A stretch of 20,292 nt of DNA from Vitrella brassicaformis CCMP3155 (Eukaryota > Protista > Chromerida), in NCBI GenBank assembly GCA_001179505.1, contig CDMY01000786.1, forward strand, positions 1 to 20,292. Reading direction: 5' to 3'. Each line of letters begins with the position of its first letter. Positions within the stretch are counted from its first letter, which is position 1. The notes below the pieces were generated by a model. That model ran no database searches. It was not told the DNA's origin and saw only the letters and a list, made by a program, of their open reading frames with translations. This document shows positions 8,629 to 19,402 of this stretch, piece after piece. The position numbers and the translations under genes were made by a program.

Positions 8629-11600
8629 TCATGGCTGTCGATCCAGTTGCTCGTGGTCGTCCGCTGCCGGCCGATCCACACAGGTCCCACAAAGCCATCC
8701 ATCCATCTGCTGCTGGTCTTCTGACACACCACCATCGTCAACGGCCGCAGCAGCAGATCGGAGCTCCCTGCTGCCCAATTCCACCAGCTCTGCCTCTGAG
8801 CCAGGCTCATGCTCGGCGGCGATGGCATCATCTACCTCACCCTCACCCTCACCCTCTCCCTCTTCGCCCATGTCAGTGGAGGCCATCCTCGTCTCATCTC
8901 CACCCGCAGCCACACCACCATTCCGCTGCTGCTGCTCCAGAGACTCATCCACCACAAGCACCAGCTCCTCCTCCTCCTCTCCCCTGTGACAATCCATCCC
9001 TGCCGGCGGCGTCTCATCACCAATAAACCCAAACCCCGCCCGTGTCGCCCGGTCCAAGATGTTGCCGTCAGACGGGCTCTTGACCATCCCACGCACCAGG
9101 CCACGCTGAGGCAGCATCGGCTGTGGATGCTGGATGGACGGTGGGGGTGCGTTGCGCGGCGAGGGCTCGCCCAAGGTGCCGGTGAAGGACTCCGCCGCCC
9201 CTGGTGCTAGGGGCAGTCGTGATTGTGACTGGAAGCGCTGGAGGGGGGGCGAGATTGACTGGGGGGAGAGGCTGGGGCTCATTGCGGGGGAGCGACCAAT
9301 GGAGGCCTGCAGAAAAGAGATAATGAGACATACAATGAAGGAAGAAGGGATGTCAGAACGTCTGTGTCTTTCTTGTCTCGGCTTGTCTGTCTATGCGTGG
9401 CTGGCTGACCTGCATCTGCATGTCCCAGTGTGAGTGTGCCCTGAACATGCCCCCGCCAGGCCGCCTCTTGCTGCCGCCCCCTTTGCGCCTCCGGAGGCCG
9501 TCCACCAGCCGCGCCAAAGAGTTCTTGCTCATCTGCCGGAGGGTGTGGACAACAGGGTTGGATGACGACTTGGGCAGGGGCGGCACGGCGGGGTCATTGT
9601 AGTTGAAGATGCGCGACCGAAGCATGCTCGGCGTCATCATGCCGAGAGTCATCCTGCTTTGGTAGGTAGAGTCAAGCAGAAACCACGACAGACATGTTGA
9701 GCTGACTGAGGGAGCGTGTGTCGTGTGTTGTGTGTGGTTGGGAAGGCCACATCACTCACCTGCTGAGAGCGCCTCCCGCCATCGGCTGGTTGGGGCTGTT
9801 TGAGCCAGAGAAGCGGAAGGGGCTGAACCGGTGGGGCGTCATGGGGCTGACGTCATATACACGCACAGCACACATAAGTACTTGTATGTGTGTGTGACAG
9901 AGGTGGGTGGATGGGATGAGTCGGTGGGCTTACTGTACCCGGCTGATGTGACGGATGAGCCCACAGAGCTGTTGGACAGTGACGTCATGCCCGACGTCGT
10001 CCGCGCTATCAGCAGATTCTGACTCGGCTCCCACCCGTACCGCTTGCACAGCTCCTTGATCGCCTACGTCCATTCATCCATCCATCCATGCATCCATCCA
10101 TCCATCCATTCCCACACACACCGGACACACACACAGCACTGTTGCAGGCCGCAAAGAGCAGCTGCTGGTATGTATCTGGCTCGGCCGGCTCGGCTAACCC
10201 TGATGGTGCTCCTCTTGGGTTGTCTCCTCTTCCTATTAGCGCTGACGTCGTGCACCGTGTCCATCTGCCCGATGTGGTGCAGCCGGATGACCGCTCCTGG
10301 GTTGATGTCGATGGCGAAGTCCTCGGGCAGCGGGTGGTGCACGAGGGCGAACACGCACGACGCCACGGCAGACGCCATACCCATCAGGTGATACCCACCC
10401 TGACACACACACACACACACACACACACAGGCGGGCACACGCACACGTTGTGTGAGGTTGCGTGTGGGTGCGGCGCTTACCTCAAGGACGAGCCCGCATT
10501 TGCCCTCACAGTGCACATCCGCCAGCTGCAGGAGCTGCGACACCATCCACCCATAGCAGTTGGGCGACACACGGCAGCCGCCCACGCGGTCCTGATAGCA
10601 TAATGCAAATCGGTGGATGGATGGATGGATGGAACTGACACGCTACACAAGAGTGAATGCCCCTCATACCGCCCACACCACACGCGTCGCGTACCCTCTG
10701 CACGGCGTCAAAGCCTGCCGAGACGAGGATGAAGTTGGGCTGGAATATGTTGCAGGCGGGCAGCAGGATCTCCCGAAAAACATGATACAGATCGGGGTCG
10801 CCGTACCTGCAAGCACCAAGCATCACACCGCACCGCAGCATACCAGTGAGTGACCCTCACCCACCCCCACCACAAGCTCACCCCCTGTCCAATGGCAGAC
10901 TGATGGTGCCACCTTCTGCTGCGTCGGGTGTGAGTTTCAGGCGGCTGTCCTTGCCTGGATAAAACGTCTTGCCGCCCCGATGGACATCGAAAAACAGAAT
11001 GTCCTCATCCTGCCCGACAAGCTCATAAGTGCCGTCGCCCAGATGCACGTCAAAGTCGACGATCATGATGCGCTCGACGTGGTGTCTGCTCTGCAGGTAG
11101 CGCGCGGCCGTGGCGACGTTGTTGATGAGACAGAACCCACCGCCCTGACTCCTGCACACACATAGAACGGGACGGACGGATGTCAACCAGTAGGTACGTA
11201 TTCCCCCTAAACCTCCCTTGGTGTGACTGTGTCTGTGCCTTACGCGCCGGCGTGGTGGCCAGGTGGCCGCACAAGGGCAAACCCACTCCGCACCTGGGAC
11301 TCTGGAAAGAAGGTATGACGCGGAGCATGGCCATAGATTCAAACATGTGTGTGTCACTTGATTGACGCGTCCGTCCACCGGTTCAACCTTACTGGGGTCC
11401 ATGATGACGTCCATGAGAGTGAGGACGCTGCCCACCCCCGCCTTGACCGCCTCAGTGCTGCCCTCACACACATACGTGTCGGGGTCCATCGAAAACGGAA
11501 ACCTACACACACGCACGGCCACACACACACACACACACACACACATGCAGACGTACGTCACCAGGCGCCCAGCCCTCATTGGGGTGAGTAGACAAGTGCA

Positions 11601-13466
11601 GCCAGGGCTCCCGGACGGACCCACCAGAATTTGTTGCATGCGAGCATGGGATTAGTGTCCATCTCCTTGTGTGTGGCCTTGGCGATTTCCCGCGCGGCGG
11701 CCTCCTTGGGCAGCCCCAGTATCTTGTCCACGTACGCCTTGCTGTGGGCCAGCACCAGCTCGTCACGTGTGGCAGGCCGGCTGCGCAGCACCGTCAGCTC
11801 GTCAAACAGACCCTCATCCTGACGCACGCCCACACATACCATACAGCAACCTATTCGTCCATAGATAGTGTCGGTAAGACCTCTCCAGGCGCAACACACG
11901 CACGTCACCTTCAGGTGTTCAATTGTCGCAGTGAGCCTCTCCGGCCGCTCAGGGTGCACAGATGGGCCGACATGGGCGCGGAACAGCTTCTCAATGCTCT
12001 CGTCCCACACGAGCACCACGATGTTCCTCCCACCATCACCGAGATTGAGGCTGGCCGCCGATGGCACATCTGATGGCGACTTGGCCATGGCCAGGGGCGG
12101 CGACACGTTCACCGGGTTGTCAGTGCGGACGATCTGCACGTGAAGATGGAGGGCCTTGGTCAGCTCTCCCCCTATCTGGGTGAAGTCGTTGGCCCACACG
12201 GCCCTGACCGAGCCGATCCTGCGCGAGACGTCGGCCCACTCGTTGAGGAAGCGGAGAACGTTGCGCGTGAAGCGGCCTAAAGCGGTCTTGATGAAGACAG
12301 TGGAGAGCTCGGGCGACAGCAGCTCGGCCGCAGACACATGAGCACGCTCCAGCTCGGCTTCTCGCCTGATCGGAAGAGAGAAATGGGTGGCTTGCTTGTT
12401 GGTGCTGGTGCTTGGTCCCTCTCGTATGTGTGGGTGTGGTGTGAGCGTGTTTACTTTTGCAGCGGCGAGTGCGATAGGTTGTCCAGTGGGTCGACCGACT
12501 CGTGCAGTCGCGTGAGGACATAGGTGTTGACGTTGACCACGTTGTGCAGCACGAACTCCTTGAAGGACGATATCTACGTTCACACAAACACATTGGCTTG
12601 CCAGCCAGCCAAGTCACATGACAAACATGCACCATCGCCTTCCTTCTCACTCACCCTCTCGCCCGCCAGCTCCACCAGCAACTCAGCAGCCACACGGGCA
12701 CCACACGCATGACCCTCAGGCAACACACCTGCACACATACAACATGCATGCCCACATCGACCCTTGTTGCTATTCACTTTCCCCCTCCACCATCCATCCA
12801 GGCTGGCTGACCGTTGCTGAATGCGTGCATGACCCAGAAGGCGTCATTAGTGTCATCATATCGGCACACAAACTTGGCGAAGCCCTGCAGGAAGCCGAAC
12901 CCGAACAGCCACCGAGGAGGCGCGTCGCGAATGTAAAAGATGGCGCCCTCCCTGGGGGTCAGTGAGTAGCACGCACACACACACACACACGCACGCACGC
13001 ACACGGGCCGTGCGTGAATGATTCTCGGGGGAGTGGGTGAGTGTTTTACTTGACTTCCGAATCGGTCTTATCGTCGTAGATCATGTTGGCGCCCGTGTAC
13101 TTGATGAGGCCGTCAAACTGGACGCCCTCATCCTCTTTGTGACAAGCAAACACCGGACAGACAAATAGGCGATCTGGAGTGACCATCCATCCATCGCATC
13201 ACAGGTGACTCACTTTTGTCAATCCAGTAGGTGAGCTTCTCCTCGTCTTCGCCAAACACGCTCGCCAGACACCACGTGCACGTCCACACAGGCACGAACC
13301 GCCGCAGCTGCGGAGATCGATCAGTCACAGCCACACACAGAACGATGATCAACAAGTCAATCAATGAGTGGCTGCGTGTTAGTCCTTGCCAGCAGCGACG
13401 TACCTGCGGCGGCAGCTCTCTCGGCCGCTGATGCGGCTCGGCGCTCTTGAGGTTGTCGAGCGTCAT
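8629..13466 (-). CDS. Zn-dependent histone deacetylase, class II-like, ~1057 aa, 18 exons (13466-13404, 13307-13214, 13134-13050, 12951-12812, 12728-12655, 12573-12455, 12365-11909, 11818-11625, 11502-11393, 11301-11244, 11151-10882, 10806-10695, 10591-10481, 10399-10247, 10063-9939, 9846-9760, 9653-9410, 9306-8629); 5' end uncertain
   Basis: HDAC signatures occur in the expected order: HPERPERL, ATRDELVLAHSKAYV, DTY, GFALVRPPGHHAG, GGFCLINNVA, IMIVDFDVHLGDGT, FYPG, ILVSAGFDA, VLEGGY. Spliced length is 3174 nt, in phase. About 300 aa precede the catalytic domain and about 400 aa of low-complexity sequence follow it. Confidence 0.9.
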
Positions 13467-14379
13467 TCGTGCAGTCGCACCGCTCTCCCCGGCGGATGCC
13501 TCAACTCCACAAAAACATGGAGATCCGGCACGTGAGTGGGTGGGGGGAGTCTGTTTGGGCAGTGGCAGAGAGATGGGATGAATTATTTGCAGCGTCTGCG
13601 AGCTAAGATCAGCCGATCCCCTCTTTTCGCGAAAACGACTCATTGCAGAGGGCGTGGCTGTGGATGGATGGAGCCGCACTGATGGCAGGAGAGGCCCACG
13701 CGTGAGGGATGCGCCGTTGCAACGGCATGCGCATGCACGTGCCTTCATGGATGGCCCTCCTTCTGCCGATGGTTTGATTGGTCCAGGGGGCCGGATTGGA
13801 CGGAGATGAGGTGAGGTTTTGGATCAACTACACTGACATTGAGCTCGGTGATCGAAGTCTGCACGCACACGCACTATGGACAGACGCACACACAGTATGC
13901 GATGCTACCCGGTATGTAGTTCGAGAGCTCTACTCTATGTGGCTCTACCCCCAATGGCATCCCATCCGCTCACACGGACACACACACATACAAGGACACA
14001 CACATGCACACAGATTGAATGAATGAATGAGAGCGGCTGACTCACAGAGCAGGGCTTCCTTGTCTCTTCTTTGGCCAGGTAGAGCACTGAATCAGAAGGG
14101 CACATGACCATACAGGTACATGCAGCGCCAGCTAACAGCGAAGATCGACAACCGCAGCTAGCTGCATAGCTACGCTGATGACAGAGCGAGACACGCAATG
14201 GTGCTGCTGGGAGCCACATAATGCCTGCCATCCATCAGATATGTAATGCATGGCAGCGATGATTTGATCCTCCCTTCCTCACAAACACATCTTCCCCTCC
14301 CTCCCTCCCTCCCTCCCTCCCTCCCCCTCGCTGTTTGTTTCGGGATACGTACCATGGGCCACCTCATTCACTGGATTAG

Positions 14380-17300
14380 CTACAGGAACCAGAGCTTGGT
14401 GGACAGCTGCTTCGACGGCACCTTGTTGGCCAGCGCCTCGGTCACCTTACGCGCACACCTAACCGACACAAAAACACACACAGAGACATCCACACACGAG
14501 TGGGCCGCAGTGGGGTTGTCGTGTATTTCTTTCTTTCTCACGTCTCGGCGTATTTCACGGGTGCCGGCACGCGGATCGGGCCTGAAGGGGCCAAGAAAAC
14601 GCCGCACACGAAACGTGAGTGGACGCCTCCCTGCCTCTCCCTCTGTGATACACATGTTTATGTGTGTACCGCTCCAGTTTTGGTATAGTGTGCTCAGTTG
14701 CATGGTGATGCGGCAGAGGCCGTCGACGCCAAACCGGCCGTCTGCATCCCAGTTGTCGGACTGGCCGTAGACCTCATACTTGGTGGGCGTCACGGTGCCT
14801 GTCAGCCACGCATGACAGCAAGAGGGAGTGAGGAAGGGATGGAGGGAGGGGAGACACATCCACACAGACAGAGAATGGGGGCTGTGTGCTCTGCTGTTCG
14901 TGCCGTACCTTGTGTGACGAACTGGTGGCAGCCGCAGAAGACCAACTGGGTGGTGTCCGTCACACCTGCTTGGCACACACGCACACAGCGATGAGCACAT
15001 GGATGGTCATCTGCACTTGGTGTGAAGATCGATACAAAGTGGTACCTTGGTCGAACACGCTGAGTGGCGGTGGGTTGTCGAGTGCGCCGCCGCCCGGCTT
15101 GCGCACGGCAAACCTGACCACGTCGACACCCTGCGTCTGCTCGGGTGCATGGGTGCATGTGTGTGTGTGTGTGTTGCGGTGTGTGTGTACCTCTGGTTGA
15201 CGTTCTTGTTGACTATGATGTAGATCCACTCGGGCTTCCACTGGTCAGTCGTCAGCTGCTTGAACCCCTCCTGAATCATGGGCACCTCAAACTCAACGGC
15301 AGCGCGCTTCTGACCCTCACCCAAACCACCACTGCATTCATGACACATGTAAACAAACGGATAGGCGGACGGACACAAGGAAATGGGCAGGTGTGACTGT
15401 CCGCCACTGCGGACCGGTAGATTATGAATCTGCTAGGCGGCTGCTCGTTGAAGCGCGGGTTCTTCAGAAACTTGGCTACAGCATCTGTCCATCCAGCCAT
15501 CCAGCCATCCAGCCATCCAGCCATCCAGCCATCCAGCCATCCAACCATCCACATACAGACAGACAGAAGAGGCCATATGTTGTGGCGGGGGTGTATGGGG
15601 CATGCACGTGTACCTTTGATGAGGACGGGGAAGTTATCGACGTGCTCGCTCTCCCCCTCCCGCACCAAAACCCTCGTGTAGTACTCGAGGAACAGGTCGT
15701 CAATCGAGGCCGTCAACACTATCACCGACCTGCCTGAACACACACATCCACATCTATCCATCCATCCATCCATCGGTTCACTTCGTGTGTGGGGCTGGTG
15801 TCTGTTGGAGATACCTCTGGCCTTCTTGCACTCGACCCCGATGACCATGGTGCTGACCACAGGCTCGGTGTTCAACGCCCACGCTGCGCCGCCCAACTAA
15901 GTACACACACATGTGGGGTGGTGGGCCTTCTCTCCCTCTCTCTCTTCGTGTGTGTGGTGGGTACCTTGCATGCGATCTGGGCTACCAGTTTTGGGAGCGC
16001 CGAATTCCACCGACGGCCCGAGATGGTCTTGGCTTGCACGCCCTGCACACATGCCCGCCCATACAGATGGACAGAGACATAGGAAGGCTTGCGTGAGGAG
16101 GTTGTCTGTCTTTGCCCACTCACCGATGGTCACCCACCTGCGTGAGCACCGCCTCCCTCCCACAGGTCAGCCGCTGCTTCATGGCCTGCATGACAGTATA
16201 CACACCCACATACCCTCCATCCATCCACCCACACCCCCAGCCCATTTCTCTCCTCACCTCATAGACCTGTTTGGCCTGGGTCTTGTTGTCGGGCAGTATG
16301 AAGACCACCATGATGGGGTCGCTGATGGGGTCGCTGGCCCGCTTCTCGCGCTCTCGTAGGGTCTTCATGTTCACATCGTAGTCGTGGTCGGATCGGGGGT
16401 CATTGAGGTTGGCCATGCTGAGCACAGGCGGGGAGATGAGAAGCGGGGCGTCGTAGCCCATCCCGTACTCTACACACACATGAGAGGCACACGGAGAGAG
16501 ATGGGTGGCGGGGGTGGGGTGGGGTGGGAGGGCACTGTGTGCGTCGTGTCTCTTTTGTACGTTGTGCCTTGGCTCGTATGTCGTTAACAAGTCTGGTCTT
16601 GAGGGCCTCGTGGTCCTGCCCGTACACCACAATCCAACGCTTCAAGTTGGCCTGCACACATGGCAGCCACACATCACACAAACCACACGACATACAGCAC
16701 ACTTGTTGACGTCTTCCCCTCCAGAAACACCTACCGGAGCGATGAGTGAGTTGCTGTTGAAGTTGGCGTTTCTGGGCGGCCCGGGTATGGGTGTGCCGTG
16801 CTGATGACGCTTCTCGGCGTGCTGCTCCTCCTGCAGCAGCTCCTTCTCATGGGCCCTGTCGTAGTACCGGAAGAAGGCGGCCTCATCGCCCGCACACAGA
16901 TGGCGGCCTGCACACACATATCCACACATAGAGACACAAGGGGGTGTGCGCAAGTGTCGGGGTGATGGGTGGGTGTGGCGTGCTCTTGTGTGGTGTTTTG
17001 TTACCCTTGACCAGGTTGCCGTCCGTCTGACCAGGTTGCCGTCCGGCTGGATGGTGATCCCATAGGTATCCAACACCTCTGCACAAAAACACACACACAC
17101 ACACAATGTGTCAATAAACAAAGTGGTGGTTTCGCTCTCTCTGTCTCACTCACGGGCAGCCCGGCTAGGTCCGCCCCCAGCGGCCGTCTGGGCCTGTAGC
17201 TTCCGTGCCAACGCTCTGCTCTTGTCCAGCCGCGCGCCGGGCAGCATTCGGCACCGGTTGGCGATCTGGTTGTTCAAATCAAAGTTGCTGCGGATGGACT

Positions 17301-18365
17301 CATCCATGCCTGCAAGCAAGCCGACAGAGGCAGAGAGGGGGGTTGTGTGTGTGGGGGTCTTGGGGGCTGTGGCTGACCGGTAAGTGTGACTGTTTGTGAG
17401 GGCAGGATGATGGTATTGATGACCTGCTGAGTCCCGTCCGGCATGCGACGACTCCTCTCGTACTTGACTGCAGCCAACAGCCGATGGACGGATGGACGAA
17501 AGCAGGGACGGACCAACCACATATGTGTGTGGGTGGCCATGGGCGTACCGAGTGCCTGCCCTTCGGCGAGTGTGATGCCGTATGTGTTTTGGAAGTACTG
17601 GGCGTACGACACCGTCACCTCCTGCCCTTGCTGCCGACGGGTGAAGGTGCGGTGGATGCCAGGCTCACCAAACAACAACTGAACCAATTGACGGGCGGAA
17701 ACAAACACGCACACACACGCAGAGACACGCGCGTGGGAGTGAAAGGGGGTGGGGGTGTGGGGTGTGCACCTCTGTTATGGCGTAGAGCTTCCGATCTCTG
17801 TTGCCCACGGGGCCGCTCTCCTGCAAGCAAACGATCAACAAAGAAAGGACAGCCGACATGTTGGGTGGGGGCTTATTCTGTGGCTGTTCGTCGGTCCTAC
17901 GTATACGGTGATGATGCGCCTCCCCTGGAACTCCTCGTTCATCCGCTGCGCAAACACGGCCTCATCCCCGGTGAAACGCCGCTGCATCCCCCAACACACA
18001 TCCATGGGACACACCCCGTGTGTGCCCAGCCCTCCATCCACCCACCCACCCACCCACCCGTCTTTCTTCCAGCACGTCCCGCAGGGTGTTCATATGGATG
18101 ATGCGGTGCGTGCCGTCCACCTGAGAAACCAGCCATAAAGCCCACAAGAGACACAAGGAGATGCTAGACGCAGATGGATGAAGCGCTGGGTGACCTGCAG
18201 ATAGAGTGACGCGCCGAGCTGGTGAATGGACGTGAAGTACCCGGGGAGGAGGAGGAGTTTGTAATTGCCCACGGTGGTGGTGCCGCCCAGCTCGGGGTCG
18301 ACCTGGTGATCGTTCATCATCTCCGTCAGGAACAGATGACGACCGATCACCTGGAACTGCACGGC

Positions 18366-18400
<35 letters not shown>

Positions 18401-19343
18401 GCAGAGCGGTGGAAAGGAAGCGTCTGTGTGTTGTGTTGGGGGGTGGGGAGACTGACCCTGAGTTGCCCCATGGCCTTCTTGACGGCGCAGTTGAGATACT
18501 GGATGGTCTCCTGGTCCAGCGCACCATCTGTTGCATCATACACACATTGATGGACGAAGGGACAGCAACACAAGCCCACAAAGAGGGAGAGAGAGAGCGC
18601 ATGCCGACGTGTGTGCTTGCTCTCCCCAGTTCTCCCCCGCGTTGCCGTCCGTACGCAGGTCGATGGTATGCCTGGCCATGAAGCTGATACGCTGAGGCGC
18701 CCCCGTCTGCAGTGCAAGAGGCACAATCAACATACACATCCTCCCATCCCCCCTCCCTCTCATCCCCTGCACTCACGTCAGCGGTCTGTGGGAGCGTCAC
18801 GGAAGCCGTGTGGTTCGGCTGTATGTTGGTGTCAACCTTGACAAACGTGTGCTTGCCCTGGTACAGCAGCGCACCCCCAAACGCATTCAAACTCTGCAAT
18901 ATCTGACATAAGAAAAGAGGGAACACACCGGAGCAAAAAAGCCCCCCCGCCCGGCCGGACCAAACATCTTCTTGTGAGAGAGATCCCTTCTCCCCCGTGA
19001 GCTTTCCCATCTGGAGCCATCGTCTGTGTCGTACCTGCTCGGAGTTTCGGTAGATCAGCGCCCGCTGCGGCCCGAGGGCGTTTACGGGCGGGTCAAACTC
19101 TGCACCACAACCCCACAAAGACCACACAATTCGGCCCGCACCAGACACAGATCTCGCCAGATCTTCCTTGCATCAGCTCCACGTACCAGTGGCATACACC
19201 CAGACGGCGAACTGACGTCGGTTGTGGAGCCCGATCTCGAACAGGTTGGTCTGTGCCTCCAGCTCTACGCCTATGCTACAGAAGAGCGGCCTGCCGTGGG
19301 GATCTGTCGGCCTCGCTACTGGCCGCGGCACCAGTGATGCCAT
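14380..19343 (-). CDS. piwi: PIWI-clade Argonaute (N-L1-PAZ-L2-MID-PIWI), 27 exons, ~881 aa without the exon-13 duplication (920 aa with intron 13 retained); predicted non-slicing; possibly disrupted
   Basis: Exons: 19343-19187, 19099-19035, 18902-18777, 18706-18655, 18527-18457, 18356-18195, 18120-18058, 17981-17901, 17820-17770, 17678-17549, 17467-17378, 17309-17154, 17078-17005, 16907-16735, 16651-16561, 16469-16258, 16185-16138, 16042-15965, 15896-15815, 15733-15614, 15484-15415, 15331-15191, 15113-15046, 14965-14909, 14798-14670, 14581-14542, 14458-14380. Motifs: EAQTNLF (N); LLPGYFTSI...VDGTHRII (L1); [14 protein letters not shown]...[13 protein letters not shown] (PAZ); YEAMK..LTQ..QIACKLGGAAW (MID); [30 protein letters not shown]-terminal LWFL* (PIWI). 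The NWxGxIRVPAP motif and the C-terminus look PIWI-clade rather than AGO-clade. Confidence 0.9.
15489..15550. repeat. Octamer tandem repeat (CCATCCAG)n, about 7.7 units, in a PIWI intron
   Basis: Directly visible; lies next to the acceptor site of the 15484-15415 exon. Confidence 0.9.
17008..17045. repeat. Tandem duplication with 20-nt period inside PIWI exon 13
   Basis: TGACCAGGTTGCCGTCCG occurs at 17008-17025 and again at 17028-17045. Confidence 0.95.
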
Positions 19344-19402
19344 CGTGTGAACGCAGAAGGGGGGATGAAAGGGGAATGGATGGGGGTAGAAGCCTACTGA
19401 AG

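Noticed and set aside
13778-14026. 82-aa plus-strand ORF (FWINYTDIELGDRSLHAH...) between HDAC and PIWI
   Set aside because: It has no ATG start or supported upstream exon, and splice signals in this interval point to the minus strand.
14380-14458. Possible obligate PIWI-HDAC single fusion protein
   Set aside because: PIWI ends in a canonical LWFL followed by TAG at 14380-14382. A free C-terminus is normally needed in the MID pocket, and no in-frame continuation exists.
15391-15414. Apparent motif YRSAVADS in the ORF track as the RDG-equivalent
   Set aside because: This is intron read-through. The in-phase splice gives YRGGLGEGQ, which aligns much better with YRDGVGDGQ.
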